Assembly (NCBI GenBank): GCA_015233495.1 | Contig: JADFXQ010000005.1 | Span: 3,066-67,065, forward strand | Source: Candidatus Omnitrophota bacterium | GTDB taxonomy: Bacteria; Omnitrophota; Gorgyraeia; Zapsychrales; Zapsychraceae | Length of the DNA stretch: 64,000 bases | Direction: 5' to 3' | Shown: piece by piece, positions 1 through 8,989 of the stretch | Layout: each line of letters starts with the position of its first letter | Numbering within the stretch: the first letter of the stretch is position 1 | The notes under the pieces: generated by a model | Seen by the model: only the letters and a program-made list of their open reading frames with translations | Told to the model about the DNA's origin: nothing | Database searches by the model: none | Program-made: the position numbers and the translations under genes

Positions 1-588
1 GCTTTGGCCGATCCGCGTTTTTAATTCTTTGGATTCGGCAACGGCCTGTTGGAATTTGTCATAGAGTTCAACCCGCCGAAAATTCAAGGCGATTTGCGCA
101 GCTAAAAAGTCGAGCAATAATAGTTCGGACGCGGTAAAATTTTTTTTGGTTTTTTTATCAGTGAGTGTGATGACCCCGATTAGCTGGTCTTTGAGCAAAA
201 GCGGCGCGCAGAGAAAAGACGGTGTTTTATAGCTGTGCCGGGCTTTATATCCGGGAAACCGTTTATCCGCGGCGATATTTTTAACGAACAATGGCGATTT
301 TAATAAGGCAACACTTCCGATGACTCCTTCCCCCAGCCGTTTTTCCAGCTTTTCTTTTTCCGTGGACTTCATGCCTACCGCGCTGCGTAGGACCAATTTT
401 TTGCGTTTGGGGTCAGCGATAAAAATCGAGCCGCGTTCACAATTGAATAATTCCAGAGTTTTGCGCAAGGAAATCTCTAACAAGTCTTGGTCATTGGTCG
501 CGGCATTTACCGCGTCGCAAATATTGGCGATACGTTCAAAAAGGGTATTGCCGGTCCAGACATTGAGCAAGGAATTCGGTCGCATCAT
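1..588 (-). CDS. GAF-domain sensor protein (N-terminal part; runs off the window start, likely a histidine kinase or other signalling protein)
   Basis: Not in the ORF track; manual translation from ATG at 588 gives MMRPNSLL...ELFNCERGSIFIAD...GEGVIGSVA...SFLCAPL...LIGVITLTDK...FTASELLLLDFLAAQIA, a typical GAF pattern. Start overlaps the stop of the upstream epimerase (ATGA). Confidence 0.8.
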   Translation of the reverse strand, partial: MMRPNSLLNVWTGNTLFERIANICDAVNAATNDQDLLEISLRKTLELFNCERGSIFIADPKRKKLVLRSAVGMKSTEKEKLEKRLGEGVIGSVALLKSPLFVKNIAADKRFPGYKARHSYKTPSFLCAPLLLKDQLIGVITLTDKKTKKNFTASELLLLDFLAAQIALNFRRVELYDKFQQAVAESKELKTRIGQS

Positions 589-1553
589 AATTTTATCTTT
601 TTAAGCCAAGATTGGTTTTCCAAATGCCAGTCAACGGTGCGTTTGATCCCTTCGGCTAAGGGAATCGTTGGTTTCCAGTTTAGTATTTTTTTGGCCTTGT
701 TGATATCCGCCCACGTCGCACGGACATCCGTTTTGGGAAAAGCGAACCGTTGGATTTTGGCTTTTTTGCCGAGCTCGGCTTCGATCATGCGGATAACCAT
801 TTTAAGGTCATACGGCGCGTTGCCTCCCAAATTGATGATTTCAAAACCGACTTTTTTGAGCGCCTTGACTGTGCCGTCCGCAATATCGTCAATGTAGGTA
901 AAATCCCGGCTTTGGGTTCCATCGCCGAACAGCTCGATCGGCTTGCCGGCATAAATCCATTGAATAAAACGGAATAGGCTCATGTCCGGCCGTCCGGCTG
1001 GTCCATAGACAGTAAAATAGCGCAAGATTGTGACATCGATATTAAAAAGATAGTGATAAGTATAACAAGCCATTTCTGCGGATTTTTTGCTGGCCGCGTA
1101 ATAGGAAATTGGGGTGTTTACCGGCAAATCTTCGCGAAACGGCATTTTTTGTCCGGCATACAGCGAGGAGGTTGACGCGAGAACGAATTTTTTAACCGTA
1201 AACTCTTTGCACAGCTCAAGCAAATTCAGGGTTCCCAAACTGTTCGTGGAATTATAAATATAGGGATTGACCAGACTGTAACGCACTCCCGCCCGCGCCG
1301 CTAAATTGATGACCGCGGAAAAATGGTGTTTTTTAAACAACGGTTGGAGCGGCGCGGCTTGTTCGATGTCTAAAGCATGAAAAGTAAAATTTTTCTGCGC
1401 CATCAGATTTTTGAGACGAAATTGTTTGAGCCGCACGTTGTAATAATCGTTCAGATTGTCAACGCCAACAACGGAATAACCTTGTTTAAGCAAGATTTTC
1501 GCGGTCTGCGCTCCCACAAACCCCGCCGCGCCGGTGACGAGAAGTGATTTCAT
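585..1553 (-). CDS. NAD-dependent epimerase/dehydratase (UDP-glucuronate 4-epimerase-like)
   Basis: GAAGFVG Rossmann motif, NLAARAGVRYS, YxxxK (YAASK), VYGPAGRPDM. Confidence 0.9.
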   Translation of the reverse strand: MKSLLVTGAAGFVGAQTAKILLKQGYSVVGVDNLNDYYNVRLKQFRLKNLMAQKNFTFHALDIEQAAPLQPLFKKHHFSAVINLAARAGVRYSLVNPYIYNSTNSLGTLNLLELCKEFTVKKFVLASTSSLYAGQKMPFREDLPVNTPISYYAASKKSAEMACYTYHYLFNIDVTILRYFTVYGPAGRPDMSLFRFIQWIYAGKPIELFGDGTQSRDFTYIDDIADGTVKALKKVGFEIINLGGNAPYDLKMVIRMIEAELGKKAKIQRFAFPKTDVRATWADINKAKKILNWKPTIPLAEGIKRTVDWHLENQSWLKKIKL

Positions 1554-1589
1554 TTTTTCTCCGAACTTTTTTCAGATTTTGCGGTTATT

Positions 1590-2621
1590 TTAAGTTTGGG
1601 CGGCCAAGCTTTTCTGCCACAACCAGGCGTCGCGTAAGGCTTCTTCGATCGTTAGTTTGGTCTGCCATTTTAATAAACGGTTTGCTTTATCTGGGTTAGC
1701 AAATAGGACAGCGACGTCGCCTTGCCTCCGGGAACCGATAACTACCGGTAATTTCAGATGATTGACCTGCTCAAAAGTTTTAATGATCTCGAGCACGCTG
1801 TATCCCCGGCCGGTGCCGAGATTAAAAACTGCGTAACCCGGCGCGGCATTGCTTTGTTCCAAATACTCCAGCGCGTTGATATGGGCGCGCGCCAGATCGA
1901 TGACATGAAGATAGTCCCTTATTCCCGTGCCATCGGGCGTGGGATAATCATTGCCGAATATAGTTAATTTTTCGCGTAAGCCTGCCGCGGTTTGGGTCAC
2001 AAATGGCACCAAATTGTTCGGCGCGCCGAGCGGTAATTCGCCGATCAGCCCGCTGGAATGCGCGCCGATCGGGTTGAAATAGCGCAGAGAAATTGCCTTC
2101 AATGCCGCCCCGCTTTTTACGAGGTCAGCCGTAATTTCTTCGCCAATTTGTTTGGTGTTTCCATAAGGAGAGGTTGCAGGTTGAACCGGACTTTCTTCCG
2201 TGACCGGAGACTTTGCGGCGCCGTAAACGCAGGCAGACGAGGAAAAAACAAAATATGGGACTTGTGCTTCCTGCAACACGGTTAATAAGGCGGTCAATGA
2301 GCCAAGATTATTTTGATAATACAGCAGTGGTTTGTGCGCGGATTCGCCAACCGCTTTGACGGCCGCGAAATGAATCGCGCCGTGGATTTTTCCTTCTGCC
2401 GTGAATATTTTTCGCAGCAAGTCGATTTGACAACAATCGCAGTCATAACATTCTACCGGCCGGCTCAGGATGGTTTTAATCCGTTCGAGTACGAAACGCC
2501 GGGAATTGCAGAAATTATCAATAATCACCGGCTCATATCCGGCTTGAGCCAATTCTACAACCGTATGTGATCCGATATATCCCGCCCCGCCGGTGACAAT
2601 GATTTTTTTCTTCAGGCCCAT
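1590..2621 (-). CDS. galE: UDP-glucose 4-epimerase
   Basis: GGAGYIGSHT, HFAAVKAVGES, PYGNTK, LRYFNPIGAH, RDYLHVIDLA. Confidence 0.95.
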   Translation of the reverse strand: MGLKKKIIVTGGAGYIGSHTVVELAQAGYEPVIIDNFCNSRRFVLERIKTILSRPVECYDCDCCQIDLLRKIFTAEGKIHGAIHFAAVKAVGESAHKPLLYYQNNLGSLTALLTVLQEAQVPYFVFSSSACVYGAAKSPVTEESPVQPATSPYGNTKQIGEEITADLVKSGAALKAISLRYFNPIGAHSSGLIGELPLGAPNNLVPFVTQTAAGLREKLTIFGNDYPTPDGTGIRDYLHVIDLARAHINALEYLEQSNAAPGYAVFNLGTGRGYSVLEIIKTFEQVNHLKLPVVIGSRRQGDVAVLFANPDKANRLLKWQTKLTIEEALRDAWLWQKSLAAQT

Positions 2622-3355
2622 TGCGTTAACTTTGTTTTAAAGGTTTGAATGGAGTCAATCCCGCTGATTTCCACGCGGCGCAATTCATATGACGGCGTGT
2701 CTATTGTATTCTTTCCCGGCCGCACTGTCAAAGCGTGCCGGATTCTGGCAGCGCGAAGAATTTCGATCGTCGCGGAATTGTACTCTCCATAAGGATAGCA
2801 AAATGTGTTTAACCGGCTGCCCGGCGCTATGTGTTCTTGAATATAATCGCAGCTGGGATGAATTTCACGTTGCTGTTCTTCGGGTGACAATGCAGTCAGG
2901 TGGACATGATTCTGAGTGTGCGGCCCGAACGTCATGCCTTGGTCTGCCATTTCCGCAATCTCTTTTAAGTTTAACATATCGCGCTCCGGATTTGCCGCGT
3001 AACGCGCGAATTTTTTTCCCGTATCGATCATTCCGGTCGCCAAGAAAAAAGACGCGGGCAAATTCCATTGCCGTAAGACGGGAAAGGCGTTGGTGAAATT
3101 GTCCCGATAACCGTCGTCGAAAGTGATAATAATTTTTAAATAAGCAGGGTTTGGCAATTGGTAATAATAATCAGGGCGCTCCTCCCAATCTCGCAAGCTG
3201 ATCACTTCACCCAGTAGGGGCGAGGATTTGAGATAGGCCATTTGCTCAGCGAAGCGTTCGGTGCGGATGACTAAAGCATTTTCCGGCAATTCGTCATTAA
3301 CGCGGTGGTACAAAATTATCAGGACGCCGGGCCGCGGCGCAGTTTTTGGCTTCAT
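2612..3355 (-). CDS. Polysaccharide deacetylase (CE4/NodB family)
   Basis: LYHRV, ITFDDGYRDN, HTQNH, FCYPYG motifs. Confidence 0.9.
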   Translation of the reverse strand: MKPKTAPRPGVLIILYHRVNDELPENALVIRTERFAEQMAYLKSSPLLGEVISLRDWEERPDYYYQLPNPAYLKIIITFDDGYRDNFTNAFPVLRQWNLPASFFLATGMIDTGKKFARYAANPERDMLNLKEIAEMADQGMTFGPHTQNHVHLTALSPEEQQREIHPSCDYIQEHIAPGSRLNTFCYPYGEYNSATIEILRAARIRHALTVRPGKNTIDTPSYELRRVEISGIDSIQTFKTKLTQWA

Positions 3356-3942
3356 TGGTTTGCGGGAGGAGCGGATTCGACAGGATTGGCGATGGGTTGG
3401 GATGGCTGATTTTTAATCGCATCTTTCACCTCATTAAGCGCCGCTGATAACCCGAGAATTTTATTGTTTAACAGAACTTGGGACTTTTGGGTGTCATTTA
3501 AGTCCGTTTGGTTGACTGTCAATGTCTGCCGAAAAGATTCCAATTTCATTTCAAGGAGTTTTTGGCGGGTTTCGGCGGCTTGAATGCGTTTTTCTAAGGT
3601 GATTAGATCAGCTTGAAGAAGTTTTTTAGTTTGATTCAACTCTTGTTTGAGCGCTTCGATGTTTTGGTTTTGCAGAGTCAGGGTTTCTTGAAACTGGCCT
3701 GCCTTGTTGTTTTGGGCGCGTAAACTAACGATCATCTGGTAATTGACCGCGCAAAAAATAAATAGTCCGGAAAGAAAAAATAATGTTAACGGAATAAAAA
3801 TTTTTTCGCTGAAGTGTTCGCCCGCAGACATTTGTAAATGGTCCAGCATGCGCAACGGCGACTTGTTTCCCCCCGCGTCGAGAAAAGCGGGTTTATTTTT
3901 TTTATAATTGGGAAAAGGAGTAGATGGCGAACTCATATTCAT
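3352..3942 (-). CDS. Hypothetical membrane-anchored coiled-coil protein
   Basis: One hydrophobic segment then a Q/L/E-rich heptad region; stop overlaps the deacetylase start. Start uncertain. Confidence 0.6.
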   Translation of the reverse strand: MNMSSPSTPFPNYKKNKPAFLDAGGNKSPLRMLDHLQMSAGEHFSEKIFIPLTLFFLSGLFIFCAVNYQMIVSLRAQNNKAGQFQETLTLQNQNIEALKQELNQTKKLLQADLITLEKRIQAAETRQKLLEMKLESFRQTLTVNQTDLNDTQKSQVLLNNKILGLSAALNEVKDAIKNQPSQPIANPVESAPPANQ

Positions 3943-4010
3943 ATTATAACAATATTTTTTTTTATGTCCCGCATTTGGCAGAATATTTTTTAAGATGTTA
4001 TACTTTCAGT

Positions 4011-5360
4011 ATGAAGATAGAAATTTCCTCACTCCAGTCTCAACGACCAATATTTTTGCCGTTGATCCGTCCGGCAATGGAAGTGTTGATGCTGCCAATT
4101 CTTGAGCTTAAGACAGTTATTGAGGCGGAGTTGCAAAGCAACCCGCTTTTGGATGTAGACGAGGAACTGACGCGACAAAGATATGAAATTTTGCAGGAGC
4201 TGCTGCGGGAGCGCTATCCAAGGGGCCGTTATGCGTCGGGAGATTCCTTTCCGGAGGACCCATTTCAGGGACTGACGCGTGAAATATCCTTAGAAGAACA
4301 TTTACTGCAGCAATTAGATTTGGAAATCAACGATACTGAGGAATTAAAAATCGGCGAAATGATTATTGGGAGTTTGGATGAGAATGGATATTTACGAGAA
4401 AGTTGCGAAATGCTGGCCGCGGGATTATCCCTGGCGGTTGAGAAGGTGGAAAAAGTTTTAAACATTATTCAGGGTTTCGACCCGCCCGGAGTCGCGTCGC
4501 GAAATTTAAAAGAATGTTTATTGATTCAGGCCGGGACCCGGCTGACTCGGCAATCTGATTTGTATCAAACATTGATCGCGGATCATTTTGAGGATTTGGC
4601 TAAAAAAAAGTTTGGGGATATCAGCCGGGCTTTGCGGATACCAGTTGCGCAGGTTAAAGACATGACCAGAATCATCGCCGCGTTTAATCCGCGACCCGGA
4701 TGCGCGTTTCAGGCAAGGACGCCGAATTTATATGTTCAACCGGATATGATCATCCTCCCGGCGACTGACCCGAGCGAATATGAAATTATTTTAAATCAAA
4801 CCGAAGTTCCGGTTTTGAAGCTGAATCCGGTTTATCAAAATCTCCTGCGCCGGAGTGATTTGAAGACCGAGGACATTCAGTTTCTTAGAGAGAGAGTTAA
4901 AGACGCGGTTTGGTTCATTCGGAATTTAAAACAGCGAGAGCAAACTATTCAGATGATTGCGGAATTTATCGTTGGCTATCAAAAAGATTTTTTTAAACGC
5001 GGGGTGCTCGGATTGAAACCGTTGGCGCTCAGTGAAGTGGCGCGAGCCATTGGCCGTAATGAATCAACCGTGTGCCGCGCCGTTAACCGTAAATATGTGG
5101 ATTCACCGCAAGGTATTTTTCCGCTCAAATATTTTTTTACGACCCGGGCTTCCCGCCAACGCGGGCAAGAACGTCTTTCCACGCGCGGCATTAAAGAAGA
5201 AATCCGCGTGATTGTTCAAGAGGAAAATACCGGCGCCCCACTCTCCGACCAGGAAATTCACGAAATTTTAGAACAACGCGGCAGGCCTATATCCCGCCGG
5301 GCCATCGCTAAATATCGCGATAAATTGAAAATTCTTCCGTCGTATTTGCGTAAAGGATAA
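4011..5360 (+). CDS. rpoN: RNA polymerase sigma-54 factor
   Basis: IIGSLDENGYL, QGFDPPGVASRNLKECLLIQ, ESTVCRAVNRKY, LKYFF, LSDQEI, RpoN box SRRAIAKYR. Start set at ATG 4011 (MKIEIS). Confidence 0.92.
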   Translation: MKIEISSLQSQRPIFLPLIRPAMEVLMLPILELKTVIEAELQSNPLLDVDEELTRQRYEILQELLRERYPRGRYASGDSFPEDPFQGLTREISLEEHLLQQLDLEINDTEELKIGEMIIGSLDENGYLRESCEMLAAGLSLAVEKVEKVLNIIQGFDPPGVASRNLKECLLIQAGTRLTRQSDLYQTLIADHFEDLAKKKFGDISRALRIPVAQVKDMTRIIAAFNPRPGCAFQARTPNLYVQPDMIILPATDPSEYEIILNQTEVPVLKLNPVYQNLLRRSDLKTEDIQFLRERVKDAVWFIRNLKQREQTIQMIAEFIVGYQKDFFKRGVLGLKPLALSEVARAIGRNESTVCRAVNRKYVDSPQGIFPLKYFFTTRASRQRGQERLSTRGIKEEIRVIVQEENTGAPLSDQEIHEILEQRGRPISRRAIAKYRDKLKILPSYLRKG

Positions 5361-5368
5361 AACGAAAA

Positions 5369-5722
5369 TTATTTTCTGGAATAATCATCTTCCAGGCGCT
5401 CAATATCGTCTTCCGACAAAAGTTCGCCGGTGGCGACCTCGATAAAGATCAGGGGTTCGGCGCCGTTATTGGTGATCCGGTGCGCTGCGCCTATCGGCAC
5501 ATCGATCACGGCGCCGGCGGCAATCGGGGATTCTTCCCCGGCAACAAAGACAGTTCCAGATCCGCGGACAATATTCCATTTTTCCGAACGGCGTTGATGT
5601 TTTTGCAGACTCAACCGACAGCCAGGTTTGACCTCAACGCGTTTCACCCATACGCCCGCTTCTTGAAAAAATTTGATATAAAATCCCCAAGGCCGCTGCG
5701 TGACATTGATTTGAATATCCAT
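5369..5722 (-). CDS. Mannose-6-phosphate isomerase type II C-terminal cupin protein
   Basis: RPWG, RLSLQKHQRRSEKW, HRITN, IEVATGELLSEDDIERLEDDYSR. Confidence 0.9.
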   Translation of the reverse strand: MDIQINVTQRPWGFYIKFFQEAGVWVKRVEVKPGCRLSLQKHQRRSEKWNIVRGSGTVFVAGEESPIAAGAVIDVPIGAAHRITNNGAEPLIFIEVATGELLSEDDIERLEDDYSRK

Positions 5723-5742
5723 AAAGTTCCTTCCCTTATTGT

Positions 5743-6870
5743 TTAAACGAGTGCAGCGCTTTGCAATGTTTGTTTTAAAGTCTGGATTTCGGCGCGGGTG
5801 TGGCTTAAGGAAAAATAAAATGGTTCCGCTGCCTTTGCCGGCAGGATGATATTGTTTGTCCAGGCGCGGGCTACGAATGCCGCGTATTCATTATCGTCAA
5901 TGGTTTCCGGGATGAATCCGAGCATAGACCCAAAACGAGTTAAGCGCGGCAGCATTTTTTTTTCTTCCCAAAAAGAATTCAGGGCGGCGGTAAAATTTTC
6001 CGCAGTGGTGTTAAGCTTCGCGTAGACAGGCGGGGTGAGTTGGCGCAAGATGGCCAAACCGGTTTTGGCCACCACTGGGTTGGGAATGCCGGGCAGCACG
6101 AAAGCGTCGAGGATTTCCGCTTTTCCGCCAACCGCTCCTAAGGAAAATCCGCCGCCAATGATTCGTCCCAAACAAGTTAAATCAGGTTGAAAATGATGGG
6201 CAGTTTGCCATCCGCCCAAACCCTCCCGGAAGCCGGTCGCAATTTCATCGAAGATTATATAAAAGCCATGTTCCCGGGACAAAGTAGTCAGAGTGTTTAA
6301 AAAATTTGAGTCAACACTGGCAAAACCTTGGCGGGTGAAGGCCACAGGCGTGAGGATGATCGCAGCCAGAGCCGCGGCGTGGCGGCGTAGTTCGAGGGTA
6401 ACCGCGTTCCAATCTCCCCAGGGTAAATGCAGAATATTACTGGAAGAATTGAGCGGCGAAGCTTGATCCAGAGAAACAATCAATTCTTTTTTGCGGTTCA
6501 TCCGGGCCAAAGTCATGGCCAAGCGCCGGGCTTTTTCTTCGGACGAAGTCAGCTGGATTTTTTCGATCGCGGGAAAATGTTTTTTAATTTCTTTCGCCAG
6601 GCTCACAGTATCCCGGCTAAACGAAGAAAAAAAGATTCCTTGATCCGCCGCTTTTTTCGCGGCTAAAGCGGCAATCCGGTTGTTATGTCCGAGAATAATG
6701 GCGCCCTGTCCCAGGGTATAGTCCGTAAAGGCATTATTGTCAAAATCATAAATACGCGAACCGCGGGTGTATTTTATCAAGGTTGGCAAATGATTTGCCG
6801 GGCGCGGCAAAACTGCGCTGGCCTCCGCGAAAAGAGGATAAGAATGTCCCGGATATTTTTTTTTCTTCAT
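5743..6870 (-). CDS. Class III aminotransferase-fold protein (HemL-like), catalytic Lys replaced by Arg
   Basis: GSRIYDFDNNAFTDYTLGQGAIILGH, FDEIATGFR, PDLTCLGRIIGGG. Start set at 6870 to avoid overlap with the patatin gene. Confidence 0.8.
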   Translation of the reverse strand: MKKKKYPGHSYPLFAEASAVLPRPANHLPTLIKYTRGSRIYDFDNNAFTDYTLGQGAIILGHNNRIAALAAKKAADQGIFFSSFSRDTVSLAKEIKKHFPAIEKIQLTSSEEKARRLAMTLARMNRKKELIVSLDQASPLNSSSNILHLPWGDWNAVTLELRRHAAALAAIILTPVAFTRQGFASVDSNFLNTLTTLSREHGFYIIFDEIATGFREGLGGWQTAHHFQPDLTCLGRIIGGGFSLGAVGGKAEILDAFVLPGIPNPVVAKTGLAILRQLTPPVYAKLNTTAENFTAALNSFWEEKKMLPRLTRFGSMLGFIPETIDDNEYAAFVARAWTNNIILPAKAAEPFYFSLSHTRAEIQTLKQTLQSAALV

Positions 6871-6883
6871 ATGGTTTGCCAGA

Positions 6884-8989
6884 TCAAATGATTTCAGCGA
6901 CCAGTTGTTGTATTTTGGGCAACGATCGTCGGGCGGCTTCTTCCCCGCGCTTAATGAGCTCTTCGGTTTTATAAAGTTCATACCATTCAATGCCGATTAA
7001 ATCCGGATGAATAGCGACATCGGCTTGATGCGCGCTTTGTTCAGCGATCACATACTCGGTGGCTTGCAGGGTTAAAACAATTATGTCGGAAATATTGGGA
7101 TAAAAATAACGGTTAAAAAAGCGGCCAATGCGGAACAGGATATATTTCCAAGGCGCGGTTTTAAACGTGATGTTTTGGCGGCGGCGTAAATCCCGCGTTT
7201 TGATGTCGAGACTTTTCATGACATCGTCCGGCGATTGTAGGACGTTTACGGAAATGATTTTTTTAATTCCTTCCGCTACCAAGACATTGGTCGGCAAAGG
7301 ATTGAGCACGCCGCCGTCGATAATCACCCGTTGGTTTTGCCGGATTGGTTTGATGATCCCGGGAATGGCAATGCTTTGCATGACTGCTTCAACGATCGTG
7401 CCGCTATTGATGACGATTTCCTGACGCGAGGCGAGATCATAGGAGACAATGCGCAACGGCACTCGCGTGGTGTAAAAAGTTCGGTCGCCGAATTGTTTTT
7501 TTAGCCACTTGCGGATCGCCGCGCCGCCGATAAAACCTGATATGGGGACAATCGGGTCTAACAAACTTAAGGCAACTCTTTTACTTTGAAACTGTTTGGC
7601 TAATTTTTCGATTTCATCCGAGGAATAGCCGCAGGCCCACAAAGCGCCGATTAAAGCGCCCATACTGCTGCCGCTGACCATATCCACCGGGATATTTTCT
7701 TTTTCTAAGACGCGTAAGATGCCGATGTGGGCGATGCCTAAAGCCGCGCCGCCGCCTAAAGCAATGCCTAAAAGTACGCCGCCGATTTCCCGGGCGATGC
7801 GCGTGGTGACTCGGTTGTAGGCGCTATCCGGGCTGCAACGGGCGAAATGAATGTGCTCCGAGTCAAAGGGCACGTTCGGGTCCCGGTCGCTGATATAAGG
7901 CAGTCGGGTATAGACGGAATAATCCAAAAGCCGGCTGATTTCGTCTAAAGACCGGTTATGGTCAGCCGTTAAGGAACTTATCACGATCCGAATATTTTCC
8001 GGCTGGAAGTTTTCCTTTAACGCAGACTCTAAACGGTCGATAACGCCCCGGGTCAAATCAAGCCCGGTTTTTTGATCCAAACTCACGAGATGCACAAGAT
8101 CGGATTGGGCCAATGTTTCTAAAACCACATCATCCATTTCATTCGGCAAATCCACTACAACATAATGATAATCTCCGACCAAGCTGGTGACAAACGGGGC
8201 GATTAGTTTTTTATTAAAGGACGGCCCAGGTTCAAACGTTACATTGAGTAAATCAATTTTTAGGTCGCTGTGTAAAATGGCTTTATGGATTTTATCGTTG
8301 TTGTCTGCGATATCGTTTAAAGCAACCGCGGTTTGCCGCCAACGCGGCGCGATATCCGGGTTGTCGCCAGAAGGCGCGGAATCTCTAGAATGGATGCGCA
8401 CGAAGATCACGCGTTTTTTGGATTCTCTTTCGAGGCTCAACGCTAAGTTGATCCCGTAGGTGGAATTTCCGGTTTCTTTCATCGGGCTATATACCGAAAT
8501 TATGGTGCTTAAGAAGCCGCCTTTATGGCCTTTGATTTTACGGCGCATTTCATTAGATAAAATTTTACTGAATTGGATGCTGAGCTCCGGCACAAGTTTT
8601 AATATGGCGTGAAAATCATTTTTGGCGATTTGCAGGATGACCGAGTCGTTCAGCGCTTCATAATTATTGGAATGCGTCTCGCCGGTAAATACCGAAAGGA
8701 TGCCGAAATGGGACCCGCGGTGGATAAATTCCACGTTTTCTTTATCGTCATGGGCGTTGAGGGTAAAAGCTTGGATACGTCCGGATACAACACAGTAAAA
8801 AAAATCAGCGGGGTCGCCTTCCTTGCGAATAAAAGACCCTTTAGAATATTCGCGAAAGACACATTTGCGGGCGATTCTTTGTTGATCAAACCAGTTGAGC
8901 TTGGCAAAAACGGGAATTTGTCGGACGATTTGCAGTTGATTGAGCAAATTCGATAATAAATTCATGGTTAAATCCATTTTGTGAGCCAA
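6884..8989 (-). CDS. cNMP-binding domain / MinD-ParA-like domain / patatin phospholipase fusion
   Basis: N-terminal CNB domain (EGDPADFFYCVVSG, FGILS), central YVVVDLP region, C-terminal GGGAALG, GSSMG, DGG patatin motifs. Start may be 8977 or 8965. Confidence 0.85.
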   Translation of the reverse strand: MAHKMDLTMNLLSNLLNQLQIVRQIPVFAKLNWFDQQRIARKCVFREYSKGSFIRKEGDPADFFYCVVSGRIQAFTLNAHDDKENVEFIHRGSHFGILSVFTGETHSNNYEALNDSVILQIAKNDFHAILKLVPELSIQFSKILSNEMRRKIKGHKGGFLSTIISVYSPMKETGNSTYGINLALSLERESKKRVIFVRIHSRDSAPSGDNPDIAPRWRQTAVALNDIADNNDKIHKAILHSDLKIDLLNVTFEPGPSFNKKLIAPFVTSLVGDYHYVVVDLPNEMDDVVLETLAQSDLVHLVSLDQKTGLDLTRGVIDRLESALKENFQPENIRIVISSLTADHNRSLDEISRLLDYSVYTRLPYISDRDPNVPFDSEHIHFARCSPDSAYNRVTTRIAREIGGVLLGIALGGGAALGIAHIGILRVLEKENIPVDMVSGSSMGALIGALWACGYSSDEIEKLAKQFQSKRVALSLLDPIVPISGFIGGAAIRKWLKKQFGDRTFYTTRVPLRIVSYDLASRQEIVINSGTIVEAVMQSIAIPGIIKPIRQNQRVIIDGGVLNPLPTNVLVAEGIKKIISVNVLQSPDDVMKSLDIKTRDLRRRQNITFKTAPWKYILFRIGRFFNRYFYPNISDIIVLTLQATEYVIAEQSAHQADVAIHPDLIGIEWYELYKTEELIKRGEEAARRSLPKIQQLVAEII

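Noticed and set aside
6884-8989. CBASS or Pycsar defence operon
   Set aside because: No nucleotide cyclase or CD-NTase nearby; the context is housekeeping.
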